Part shown: in pieces, positions 24,337 through 36,355 of the stretch
Layout: each line of letters begins with the position of its first letter
Numbering within the stretch: the first letter of the stretch is position 1
From: Pavona decussata
Taxonomy: Eukaryota
Assembly (NCBI GenBank): GCA_977016875.1
Contig: CDRNST010000273.1
Span: forward strand, 5,270,001-5,334,000
DNA: 64,000 nt
Direction of reading: 5' to 3'
Position numbers and translations under genes: made by a program
Notes under the pieces: model-generated
Databases searched by the model: none
Seen by the model: the letters and a program-made list of their open reading frames with translations, nothing else
Told to the model about the DNA's origin: nothing

Positions 24337-25380
24337 TTAACCATCATAATGGAGTTGAAAAGCATAAAGATCCCATGGAAGAGGACCGAACTCGACAAAA
24401 CCAGACTTTCCTGGGCGGAGAAGAGCACCAGATTGACCATGGGTAGCCAGAAGGAGCTGGTCTGAGCATTCTGCCTGAACGATTGGCCACCAGTACTTTC
24501 TAGGAAAAATATCTGGGACCACTAAAGTACAGTGAGCTCTTTCTTGCTTTAAGAAGTTGATGAGGGGGCCAATAAGTGCAAAAGGGGGAAAAGCGTAACA
24601 GTTCTCAAAGCGAGAATCTTCAGCAGAAGAGACATGTTGTGCGAAAACATTCACCCCAGCAGCATAAGGAGAAGGCGTGGGCGAAAAGAAGGGTAGTGAG
24701 GCACCGGAGAGATCTCTCTGAGCATAAGAACTCGAGGCCAACAGATCAAATGAATGACCACGAGATCCACCAAATTTTGTTTGAATTACGGCCCAAAGTT
24801 GAGAGGAAAGCTTGCTATCCGCCAAGCTGAGGCGACGAGACGGCAGGTCAGCTGGATTCTGATGTGAAGGAACAAAGTGCAGGTGAAGAGACAAATTAAG
24901 TTCCACTGTCGTCCAAAAAAGCTCTTTTAGAGCCAGAAGGACAGGGGGAGAGCGAGAGTGTTGCCTCTCCCAAGTATCGCACAGAATCTTGTTGTCCACT
25001 GCTGCATCGACTCTGGAATTTTGAACGTTCTCTCGAAGGGCCATTAGGGTGCGGGAAAGGGCCACGATTCCTTTGATCTCAATAGATTTCGAAAGCATAA
25101 CAGGCTCCCAGAAATCACCAACCTCAATAGGTGCAAGTGTTCGATCACGAAGAAGAACGCCACCCCAACGGAAACTAGATGAATTTGACGCGACGTGAAT
25201 GGTATAATGTCGTTCATCAAACCATTTCATGTGCCCCTGCCAGGAGTCCAAGAAACGCCAGTACATAATTTCTTCCCGTAGAGGACGACTAATTCTGATT
25301 GGCTTTTTGTTCTTGGAAGCTTTCGAGATCGCAATCGACATTTCTCCCGTAAACAACTTCGCTGCCGGGACTACAAGCAT
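24337..25380 (-). CDS. RNase H plus DNA adenine methyltransferase-like domain
   Basis: VDNK..HFVPSHQNPADLPSR; FDLLAS, GVNVFAQ, YAFPPF, LVVPD..WWP. Confidence 0.8.
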   Translation of the reverse strand: MLVVPAAKLFTGEMSIAISKASKNKKPIRISRPLREEIMYWRFLDSWQGHMKWFDERHYTIHVASNSSSFRWGGVLLRDRTLAPIEVGDFWEPVMLSKSIEIKGIVALSRTLMALRENVQNSRVDAAVDNKILCDTWERQHSRSPPVLLALKELFWTTVELNLSLHLHFVPSHQNPADLPSRRLSLADSKLSSQLWAVIQTKFGGSRGHSFDLLASSSYAQRDLSGASLPFFSPTPSPYAAGVNVFAQHVSSAEDSRFENCYAFPPFALIGPLINFLKQERAHCTLVVPDIFPRKYWWPIVQAECSDQLLLATHGQSGALLRPGKSGFVEFGPLPWDLYAFQLHYDG

Positions 25381-26485
25381 AAATGAGATTCACTTGCCCA
25401 TCAATCTTTGTAAGGTAACAAGGGGAATTTCTCGCCGTTGAAGAATCGTATCTCTCAGCGCCGCAAACTTCTGCAACTTGGGGGGGGGGGAGAGAGAATG
25501 CTCTCAACTGGGAATCGCACTGAAGGCCAAGGAATATCAGCGACTGTGTTGGAACAAGGACTGACTTGGAGAGGTTTAAAAAGTATCCCAATGAGGTCAA
25601 AATTCGAATAGCCATGTAGCAGGCATTCAAAGCTAACTGGACACGAACGTCTTGAACAGAACATAAGGTTGTTGGGCATAGTTCGACATCACGAGATGAA
25701 ATGGCTCGCCTGAGTTGGCCTAAGTGCTGGTCATCGATGTATTGTGAACATGGAACTCCGGAGGACCGAAGAGTTTGTGTTGCAACCAATCGAAGAGACT
25801 GATAAATATATGGCGATGTTTTCCAGCCAAACGGTAGAACGTTATTTACGAACCACCAGCCCGCCCATTGAAAAGCTACTAGTTGACGACTGGGAGGATC
25901 CAAGAATACATGATCATAACCAGACTTATCATCAAGTTTTGTTTGAAAATGTCCCTCCTCAACATAACGCGTGAGATCCAGCAAGGAATCCAGGGAAAAC
26001 GGCATATCCTTAATCCAACAGTCTAAATATCTCTCGTCGTGACACAGCTGAGGCTTGTTTGGTTCTACAGTGAGGGGCATAACCAAAGATGGCGGAGCAG
26101 AGTCAGAGACTTTCCCAATGACTCCAACAACGCCAGTTACGATACGATCCACGATGGACCGATTTACAAACTCTGTAAATTTTTTACACAATTCATGATT
26201 ACGGAATATTCTGGGAACCGGATATTCCGAGTCATAAGATTGCCCAGCGAAGCGACCTTTGAAGTGGGTAATGTACTTGTTAATCGAAACCCCAGAACGA
26301 ACCAAGGACATAATTTCCTCAGAATTAGTTAGATTGGCAGTGAGTTTTTCCCACCAGTGAGGTGTCCCACCATCAGCGATCCCGTTTATAGAAATCCATT
26401 TAACAGAGCGAATTCTAAAATGCTCTAACGCCGCTATAGGATCAAAGTGTCCTTGTAGTTCCCATTCCGGGACATCATAAGGCAC
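25289..26485 (-). CDS. Reverse transcriptase (DIRS type); frameshift at the poly-G near 25480
   Basis: KLDDKSGYDH, LPFGWKTSP, QYIDD, NLSKSVLVP. Confidence 0.88.
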   Translation of the reverse strand: MPYDVPEWELQGHFDPIAALEHFRIRSVKWISINGIADGGTPHWWEKLTANLTNSEEIMSLVRSGVSINKYITHFKGRFAGQSYDSEYPVPRIFRNHELCKKFTEFVNRSIVDRIVTGVVGVIGKVSDSAPPSLVMPLTVEPNKPQLCHDERYLDCWIKDMPFSLDSLLDLTRYVEEGHFQTKLDDKSGYDHVFLDPPSRQLVAFQWAGWWFVNNVLPFGWKTSPYIYQSLRLVATQTLRSSGVPCSQYIDDQHLGQLRRAISSRDVELCPTTLCSVQDVRVQLALNACYMAIRILTSLGYFLNLSKSVLVPTQSLIFLGLQCDSQLRAFSLPPPQVAEVCGAERYDSSTARNSPCYLTKIDGQVNLIYACSPGSEVVYGRNVDCDLESFQEQKANQN

Positions 26486-26839
26486 AGTTTTCCTCGATCG
26501 TTTGGTAGGGGGCTAAAAGAAACAAAGGAATAAACGGATATTAAAGGACCTTGTTGAAACTGAAAAGTAAAACGGGATCGGTGATGGCGAACAATCCCGG
26601 CGCAACTGCTGGAGTCGGGCACAAAGGGTATAAGATTACCCTGGGATGTTGCCATCACTTCGCCACCCAACCCCACCAAGAGAACCCCAGACTCAATGAA
26701 TGCAGGGGTGCGAGGGAACTAAATTATGTAACAAGGGAAAGAAAAGAAAATATATATAAGGAGTGATAACGTCTCAAGCTTTAATAAGAAAAACACATCA
26801 CACAGGAAGGCTAAAAGATCCGCTTTCCTCTTAAGAGAT

Positions 26840-29184
26840 CTATTTTGATTGAGGGCATCTGCGAGCAAAATGGCCTGGCTGTTGGCACCTGAAGCATCTG
26901 ACTTCCTTGGACTGGAAGCCCCTATATGCACGTTGTGGAGAAAAACACACGTTGATTAGACGTTCCCGCAGAGAAAGCCCGATCCTGACGAGGGCCCTAC
27001 CAGGGTCTGGCTTTAAGCATCTTAGACACAACGTTGGCGACCTCCTTCTCCACCTCATCGCCCAGCAAGCGTGTCACAACTTCACCCATGATGGGTCCGT
27101 TCGGGAGCCTCTTGCATTGGGATAGAACAGCTGCAAATTTTTCAACCTCTGGGTGGCCAACACGGCGAGCCACTTCCTCTAGATGTAGTAGGGCAGCAAT
27201 CAGGGCAAAAGGGTCAAACACAACCGATGGACGGGAGGCTAGCAGGCGTACAGTTAAGAGGGCCTGCTCCCCTGAGGAGGTATCAACCGACTTTTTAACC
27301 TCAGTCAATTGCGTGGTCAAGCTTTGCACTTCCTACAACCAAAACACCACTAATTAAAGTAAATTTATCAAAGCAATACACCCTCATATCTTATGTACAA
27401 GGCTTTTGGGAATCAGTCCTATGACTAACAAACGTACCAAATAAGTCTATACTGGCTACTACCAACGCGCCGGTTAAAACCGGTTGAAGCACGCATAATT
27501 TAGTTGTGACCTAGGGTAAAAGAACATAACCAAAAAACGGTCTTCGCTGGCTGACCGGCCACGACCAATCAAAGTGTATTAATACAGTGAGACTAAAGTT
27601 CAGAAAACATAACCACGTTAGCCTAGGCCGGCTACAACCAGCCGACCGGCTACCCAACCAGTCAAAAAGAGTATTCATTGAGTTGAACTAAAGTTCAAAA
27701 CAAAGCCAATTTAGCCTAGACTGGCCACGACCAGCAGACCGACTACAACCAGTCAAAAGATATATGAAACTTTAAATGAACTAAATACGAAAAACAAAAC
27801 CAAATTAACCTACGTTGGCCGCAACCAGCCGAAGATATATATATATATATATATATAATTGAACTAAAGTACAAACACATAGCCAAATTAGCCTACGCTG
27901 GCTACCACCAGCGGACCGGCTACAGCTAGAAAACAAGTATATCAATTTAATTGAACTAGAGTTCAGAAACAAAGCCAAATTAAGCTACAATGGCTACAAC
28001 CAGCAGACCGGCTACAACAAGTCAACAAATATATCAATTTAATTGAACAAAAGTTCAGAAACAAAGCCAAATTAGCCTGCACTGGGTACAACCAGTCAAC
28101 AATTATATAATTTGATTGAGCTAAAAAGTCAGAAACAGAGCCAAATTAGCCTCCACAGGTTACAACCAGCGGACCGGCTTCAAACGCTCAAAAATGTCGA
28201 AGATATATATATATAATTGAACTAAAGTACAAAAACATAGCCAAATTAGCCTACGCTGGCCACAACCAACGGACCGGCCACAACCAGTCTATAATATATG
28301 ATTGAGTTGAACTAGAGTCCGAAAACATAGCGAAAATAACCAACGCTGGCTACAACCAGTGGACCGGCGACAACCAGTCAAAAAATATAAAAATTAGTTG
28401 AACCAAAATTCAGAAACAAAGCCAAATTAGCCTACACTGGCTACAACCAGTCAACAAATATAGAAATTTAATTGAACAAAAATTCAGAAGGAAAGCGAAA
28501 ATAGCCTACACTGGCTACAACCAGTGAACAAATATAAAAAATTTAATTGAACTCAAGTTCAGAATCAAAGCCAAATTAGCTTACACTGGCTACAACCAGC
28601 GGACCGGCTTCAACCGCTCAAAAATGTATAAATTTAATTAACTGACAGGACCAAAAACATAACCAATTAGCCTACGCTGGCCACAACCAACGGATCAGCG
28701 ACAACCAGTCAATAAAAAATATAGTCCGTCGAACTGAAAACCAAGACCAAACAAAAAATAGCCTAGGCTGGCCACAACCAGCGGACCGGCTACAACCAGT
28801 CAAAACTATATCGAGTTAATTTAACTAAGTCCAAACCATGACTAAAATTAACCAACGCTGGCGTCAACCAGCGCGCCGCAGCCGGCCAGAACTTGCACAT
28901 TTTGTTGACCTAGGGTCAGAAGAAACGTAACCCGGTGCTGACGCTAGCAAAGAACTAGAACGCCGGGTAAAACAGCGAAAAACTAACAATTTTGGCCTAG
29001 TATAAGGAAGGAATGAAAACCAAATAACGAGATAAAGCTAAAAGAGGAGCCACGTGTTTACCTCTAAATTTGGGACTTGTGCCGCTTGAGCCGCCTGAGC
29101 TGGTTGAACTACAATTGGAGCTGCTGGCGCTGGTGGAATTGCCTCAGGAACGGGAACCGGTAACACAGGGTGTTGTTCAGCCAT
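26840..29184 (-). CDS. Gag-like protein with CCHC knuckle; exon 1 29184-29062, exon 2 from 27332
   Basis: ATG just inside repeat A; GT..AG intron with phase-0 join (PNLE|EVQSL); CFRCQQPGHFARRC after a frameshift. Confidence 0.7.
27540..28890. repeat. Minisatellite, ~60-76-bp unit (AATTGAACTAAAG..GCCAAATTAGCCTAC..GGCTACAACCAG) with (AT)n runs
   Basis: About 18 degenerate tandem units; lies within the predicted gag intron. Confidence 0.9.
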
Positions 29185-29358
29185 CACGGAACTTCAGCAA
29201 AACTCACGATCAGAAGTTTTAAACGTTGAAAACACGACAAACAACATGGTTTGTCCTTTTTATACCTTTGCATACTAATTTAGGGTGTGAAATCCGTGCT
29301 TATAGCGCTTTCTCGTTGATAATCAGCTCCCGTGGGGTTTTTGGGCAATTTGAATAGT

Positions 29359-29655
29359 GGTACCGTTTCTTCTGTGGGTCTTCTTACCATAATGAAATCA
29401 CCAACCCGTGTCTCTAGTACCTTTAAGTTGTGATGATAGTTTCCCATTAATCACAGTCTTTTGGGTTGCTTTTTTCTTTTACTTACTCTTCTTTGGATAG
29501 GCAAAACCTTTAACAATTTCTTTCTCATTAAGATGGACTTTGGTATAGTGTCGAGCAATGTTGGGGTAGACCTTTGAACAATACTCACGGGCCATCTTCT
29601 TGTCATGCAGTCTGGTATTGTCAACTGTAGCTTTGGTTTTTGGTATGTGAACTAG
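29359..29655 (-). pseudogene. Crypton-like YR gene, N-terminal zinc-finger exon (copy A)
   Basis: YCSKVYPNIARHYTKVHLNEKE..KKSK..GNYHHNLKVLE..VRRP; colinear with 31325-31615. Confidence 0.7.
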
Positions 29656-30297
29656 AGAAAAACAGTTAAGGGTTAAAATTTATTGAGACTGCCTGATTTT
29701 TATTATGTTGCCCAAGGTTGGCCTTACCTGATGCTAAAACACAGTTGAGACAATTTGTTTCTCAAATGGAAGTAGCCAGGAAAGCACAGCTTCACTACAA
29801 TCATATATATGTAGTTAACATATTACATCAAGCTTTTCACTGTTCTTCTCCTAAAGGCTGGGTTTTCAGTTGTGACGGTGTCAGAGTTGTTAGCCCACAG
29901 CAAATGAAACAACAGCAACTTATTTTAATAAACCACTCCGTTTGATTTGACTGTGGGCAAGGAATTTTCTTTTCAGTTTAGTTTGGGATAGGGTATAGAA
30001 ATCAGAGACGTTTTGTCAAGAATAGGATATCATTTTCCACCAAACTGATCAAATGCTCGAACAATTTAATCTACACTAGGTTTCCCAGGAATTTGCATTA
30101 AAAAAAATGCATTTAGTTGTTGGTGTACACGTAGAAGATTTTGTTTTGGCCGGAATTAATAGTGACTACGTTTCTGAAAAATAGTGAGTCTGGGATAGGG
30201 TAGGGATTTTTGGAGGCTATTGTTTATAAAGTATAATGTTTAATCAACTTTTAGACCACTTGGATAGGACTACAGAATTATAAACTGCTACTGATAA

Positions 30298-32283
30298 TGT
30301 GTGCAACAAAGCAAAAATGAAGACTGGAGTATCAATGGTTCAGATGACGTTTTTCCCCTGGCACAGCTGTCTTTCGACAGGCTCCAGGGAGGCCCTTATT
30401 CCTGGTGAGGTCATCTCATCCCAGTCTGGTCTATTGTTAAATGCATCCGGTAACATATTTGATGCCTCTTCTCTCTTCATTTATTAAAGATGATAACCCT
30501 GCACAGGGTGACTCCTATCAGCTGGCCCCAGTTCTCTAGGGGTTGTTTTTTGGACAGTAATTTTTCCGTTAAGACTACGCTTCTGCCGAGGAGATGTTTT
30601 CTCAACTTTTCCAAATTTTCTGCCAGTGGTAAGAGGATTATTTCCTTGAACTCGCTCTTGTGTAGTGTGGTCAATAAATGTGATGACACTTTGTCCCCCC
30701 ATTCAGACTCCATCATCAGCCCCTTTAGGTTGTCTTGCCTCTGAAATAGTGGTTCATCTTTTGTCTGCAGCGCCTTTTACCTCTCTGTATTGTGAAACAT
30801 TTTTTGATAGCGTGTCCTAGTTTTAATGCAAGTGAGGTTGCTCCCACTGACTGTGTTGAAGAATTGTCAACGCTACAAAGACTCAACTGAAGCAATGATG
30901 TGGTCAAAACATTCTTGCTTGAGAGCATCTTTGAGTTGGGTGACAGTGTTGTCTGTTCTGAGTTGAATAAGTAGTCTTACTAATTGATGTATGCCCTGGG
31001 ATATTTTGTGCAAGTGCTTAGGACCTAGTCGTTCAGCTTGAATGGGACCATACTTACAAATGATGTGATCACTTCGTGCCACAAGGGAGGTTTCGTCCAT
31101 CTTCATTAAGGCAACAGTTATTGCACAAGCGGGTTCTAGTTTGGTTTCAGATTTGACATAGCATTAATTTGCTTTTCTCCTGAATATTGACGCCATTTTT
31201 TTGTCCTTTTCATCCTGCTCCGTGTGCTGTGATTGGAAATGACCAGTTGTACAATGTCTCCACAGTTAATTGCGTCTAATAAATGCCAGGCAAAAGGAAC
31301 AAGGAAGGGAATATTATGGTGATAATGTTTCTTCTGTGGGTCTTCTTAGCACTATGAAATCACCAACCCGTGTCTCTAGTACCTTTAAGTTGTGATGATA
31401 GTTTCCCATTAATCACAGTTTTTCGAGTTGCTTTTTTCTTTCCTTACTCTTCTGTGGATAGGCGAAACCTTTAACAACTTTTTTCTTTTTAAGATGGACT
31501 GTGGTATAGCGTTGAGCAATCTTGGGTTAGACCTTTGAACAATACTAACGGGCCGTCTTCTTGTCATACAGTCTGGTATTGTGAACTGTAGTTTGGGTTT
31601 TTGGTATGTGCACTACAGAAAAACAGTAAATAATAATTGATATTTGTATGGTGCAAATTAACATGTGCATATGATCAAATGCGCCAAATGTTAAGGTTTA
31701 AGATTTATTAAGACTGTCTGATTTTTATATGTTGCCCAAGGTTGGCCTTACCTGATGCTAAAACACAGTTGAGACAATTTGTTTCTCAACTGCAAGTAGC
31801 CAGGAAACCACAGATTCACCACAATCATATATATTTAGTTAACATATAACAACAACCTTTTGACTGTTCTTCTCCTAAAGGCTGGGGTTTAGTTGTGACG
31901 GTGTCAGAGTTGGAAGCCCACAGCACTATGATCTTGTAAAAATGAAACAGGAGCAACTTATTTTAATAAACATCTCTGTTTGATTTGACTGTGGGTAAGG
32001 AATTTTCTTTTCAGTTTAGTTTGGGATAGGGTATAGAAATCCGAAACTTTTTCTCTAGAATAGAGTATCATTTTCCAGGAAACTGATTTAATGCTTGAAG
32101 AATTTAATCTACACTAGGTTTCCCAGGAATTTGCACTTATAAAAAAATGCGTTTTAGTTGTTGGTGTACACGTAGAAGATTTGTTTTGGCCGGAATTAAC
32201 AGTGACCACGTTACTGAAAAATAGTGAGTCTGGGATAGGATAGGGATTTTGGGGGCTATTGTTTATAAAGTTTAATGTTTAAT
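30298..32283 (-). repeat. Tandem duplicate (copy B) of the YR gene segment, without the three insertions
   Basis: Matches 15907-16096 + 16358-16848 + 21773-22108 + 29359-30243 joined together. Confidence 0.92.
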
Positions 32284-33508
32284 AACATAAGAAAGTATTG
32301 TTCGCTTTTAATCAAGAAAATACTGTTTTCGAAGTTTTGATTCGAAGCATAAGTATGTGCAGGATACTGGTTTGGCGAGGCTCAAAGCGATCACACGTGT
32401 TACCATTCTTTGGCTTGTGAAACAGCGAAAGAAAAAGTTGCTTTATGTCTCCTTTCCCACGCGTAATATAATTAAGTGCCAATATTTCGTGATGTCAGTT
32501 TTATGCCAACAGACGAGCTTCGTTTGCTTAGAGCGTCAAAACACGAATGAACCAGCCAGTGTTTGGATTAATATTGGCCATGCGTCATGGCCGCTTTTAT
32601 TAATTATTTATTAAATCCAATAATGTAAAATAAAACGAATGAATAACTATTGTTTTAATTATTAATCTCAAGCGAAGGTGAGGGCACTATAAAAAAAGGC
32701 CAACAACAAGTTGAGATGTACACACACAAAATTAAATGAAAAAAAAATGACAAAGGTGGAGAAAGGGGAGGAGGTGGGTCGAACTCGGAGAGCGTGTCAG
32801 GTCTGAGACTGAGAGGACAAGCACAAAGCAATGGCCACATTTTTTGCTGGCAGTTTGAAGTCGAGGCTAAATACTTTTCCGTGAAAGCTCGTGATTATTG
32901 CTCAATGTAATTTTTATGGTTACTGTGGTCACAGGATAGTCTTGTGACTCTTGCTCAATATTTTTATGTAATGAGAATTAGGGTTTTATCGAAAATATAC
33001 CTCCAGTCACGCCCTGAAACAATGTTCCACCACAACTCCCCCACAGGTCTATACCGAGTTAATTAATAAGCCTAATTAATCTATTTAAATCACTAAGTAG
33101 GCAGAAGTCATAAAAGTTTTTATTTGCTGGCAAATAAATTCCTTTATGTCTTCTTTTCCACACGTAATATAATTAAGTGCCAATATTTCGAGATGTCAGT
33201 TTTATGCCAACAGACGAGCTTCGTTTGCTTAGAGCGTCAAAACACAAATGAACCAGCCAGTGTTGGGATTAATATTGGCCATGCGTCATGGCCGCTTTTA
33301 TTAATTATTAATTAAATCCAATAATGTAAAATAAAATGAATGAATAACTATTATTTTAATTATTAAGCTCTAGCAAAGGTGAGGGCACTATAAAAAAGGC
33401 CACAAGCCTCCTGAAAGGAGGCCCGCCCCACCCGAAGACTGTTGGCAGCAAAACTGCACATGCTCTATATCATCACTGAGAAGTCATCACAGCACCTGCT
33501 TGTGTAAC

Positions 33509-34546
33509 TTAATTATGACTTAGACTAGTTGCAAGGCTAGGCGTTTGTATATAATTAAGAAAAGCATTCGATATCCATCGACCCAACTGACGAATTTTTG
33601 AATTAGAAAAACCTTTGGCGGCAGCCCAACTGGCCGCGCCGATGCGAAAGCTGTGCGATTTATAAAGCGACGGGTCGAGGCGATTTATAAAGCGATGGAT
33701 CGAGATTACAAAATCTAAGTGAATTGTTGAGTTTTTCCACAAAGAAAGACCTCTTAATGGGTGCCCCATCTGGCCAGCAAAATAAGGGACCACTAATCGG
33801 TCCTCTGGCTAAAATAAAATCTAAAATGTTTGTAACTGGACAACATGACTCCTCCTTATAGATATATATAACAAAGGGGCGCCCTTCTGAATCACTGTGC
33901 TTGTATTTGAACATAGTGAGTTGCAGGGCTTTGACCTGCTGCTGGCTATCCACTAGCCTTTCTAGCTGTGTAATGGGAATCAGATTACTATGGTCATTAG
34001 TGTTGACGGTGATTTCACCTATACGCAAAAAGGCAAAGAAAGCTAAGGAAGACATTGCCTACAAGAGCTTCGACTGATACGCTGTCGCTGTAGTGTGCGT
34101 AAAAGAGTTTATAATTTGCTGCAATATCGGCAATGTAATTGGTAGACGCACATGTGCGCCGGAACTAAGTTCCGATAGCCTTTAATTATCTGTCGAATTA
34201 TCCCCTTTTCAGTCGGATCACCTACGCCTGCCAATTTATGAGTATAACCTATGGCTGATAAATAACTGGTAACTGTAGAGGAAGCGTAATGTAACGGATA
34301 GAGATGCGAAACAAATAGCGCTATTACAGCGGGTTGTATAGGAAGAACTAATTTTGTCTCGCCTAACGTCGACTGAGCCGATTCTGTAAATAGATTCCAT
34401 GACCTTTTATAAGCTGCCGTAGAACCGTTACTTAGACTAGCAGATAGAAGGTGCTTTGTTATAGAGGCCAACTTACCGGCAGGAGATGAGTTGGAACTAC
34501 TGTGGGTTTCGGAATCCATGCCCTGGCCAAGGGACTTGAATTTCAT
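33509..34546 (-). pseudogene. Tyrosine recombinase (Ngaro), disrupted
   Basis: SLSNGSTAAYKRSW; AFFAFLRIGE; SHSFRIGAA; GRWISNAFLNYI. Confidence 0.88.
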
Positions 34547-34558
34547 GACCTGTAAGCG

Positions 34559-36355
34559 TCATAAGGTGTCAGCTTTCGTATTGAGCAACCCAGGTATATG
34601 AATTGCCTTAAATAAGATATTATGTTTCAAGCACTGTAACACTAGGGTACGTAACAGAACCAATAGCTTCTTATCCTTAGTTGTTTTCTTGTTTATCACT
34701 TCAGCTAATCCTAGATTGTCGGTGTAAAACATAATACACCAATTGGAAGATTGCGATGCCGAAATGGCAATGCTAAGAACGATCGGAAACATTTTGAGAA
34801 CTATAATGTTGTGGCCCACCCAGCTATCAGGCCATTTACCAAAAAACCAATGCGAGCCAAAGACTGCACCATAACCTAAAGATCCTGATGCATCAGTGAA
34901 AATATGCAGGTGAGAAGACGAAGGCCAAATATAATCCAAGAAAAAGGAGCGACCATTCTACGAGGTCAAAAATTCGAGCCATAGTTGAAGATCTGCTTTA
35001 GTTTCGCGATTAATACGGATTAAGTACCTAGCGCGTCGAATACCCACGGTGAGGTTAATCAATCGACGTAAAAATGTGCGACCTGGTACTATGACAGAAC
35101 AAGTGAAATTTAGCAGGCCGATTAAAGACTGTAATTCCTTCAAGGTTAATCAATCAACGTAAAAATGTGCGACCTGGTACTATGACAGAACAAGTGAAAT
35201 TTAGCAGGCCGATTAAAGACTGTAATTCCTTCAAGGACACCTTTTTTCGTTGAAGGAAATCTTGTATCAAAGATCTGCACTTGATTAATTTATCACTAGG
35301 AAGGCGAGCTTCCATCTTAAGAGTGTCTAGTTCAATGCCTGCGAATGACATAACACAGCTGGGACCAAATGTTTTCTCAGGCGCCATGGGGACGCCTGTG
35401 TCATCACATGCCTGAAGGAAGGTCTGCAAATTTTTACCACGAGAAGAGAGCGAATGGTTTATAATTAGAAAATCGTCTAAAAGGTGTAATATACCTGGGA
35501 TACCCATTTTACTGCAAGCAATCCATTCTAAAGCAGAGCTAAAACACTCAAAAATTTTGCAAGAACTGGAAAGCCCCATGGCATGATTTTTATCAAAGTA
35601 ACATTGGTTCTGCCAGTGGATTCCTAGCAAATTGTAATCGGAGGGACTCACAGGAGTCAATCGGAAAGCATTTTCGATATCAGTTTTGGCGAGTGCACAG
35701 CCCCTGCCAGTGCGCCGAATTAACCTAACTGCGTCGTCAATAGATGGGTAATGTACGCTCGACGCGATTTTTGGAATATGTGAATTTACTGATGGACCTT
35801 CCGGAAAGGACAAGTGATGAATCATGTGGAACTCTCCCGAACCTTTTTAGGAATTAAGCCCAAAGAAGAAATGTGAAATATCGGAAAAGGTTGAGTTTCG
35901 AAAGGACCAGCTATTCTTCCTGAGTGCAACTCTTTTGCTAGTTTATCGTTAACCCCTTCAGGAAGGTCTAGAGCAGACGAAAGATTTTTGCTGGAAAAAT
36001 TATTCCTTGGCCCAACATAATCAATTGAAAAACCAGATCGGAAGCCATCAAGAAGGTATTGCTTAGACCTAGGCGGATATCCGTCCAGATAAGCCTGCAA
36101 TTTATCTACCTTGATTGGTGTTGACATTTGACGAGACAGGGCGGTACTGAGAGGCTGATTTGTTTGCTGTCGATGAGTGATTTGCAGGGGCAACGCTGGG
36201 GTCCGGTTGTTGTCTGGGCAATGCACATTTTCCGGCTGGATGCGGGAAACCACATTTGAAACAGTCGTGTTTAAAATTGCAGCCGGAACACTTTTCCCCC
36301 CGGTGAAATTTCCAGCAATAACCGGACGGAAAGGGCTGAAAAGGCGCCCTAGCAT
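34559..36355 (-). pseudogene. Reverse transcriptase plus RNase H (Ngaro), frameshifted, with ~91-bp internal duplication
   Basis: AKTDIENAFR, HLLDDF, FTDASGSLG, YTDN, HIPG..KADTL. Confidence 0.88.

Larger units (their letters stand above)
22104..29358 (-). mobile_element. PAT-like (DIRS order) tyrosine-recombinase retrotransposon with split direct repeats
   Basis: A repeats 29188-29358 and 22340-22511; B repeats 22512-22612 and 22109-22210; ATAGT core at both ends and at the A/B junction; gag, RT, RH, MT and YR ORFs. Confidence 0.92.

Noticed and set aside
27540-28890. CRISPR-like array
   Set aside because: Units are degenerate along their full length with no unique spacers; no cas genes; eukaryotic context. 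It is a minisatellite.
32357-33315. Duplicated small ORFs (32357-32614, 33124-33315)
   Set aside because: Incidental frames across the Ngaro B repeats.
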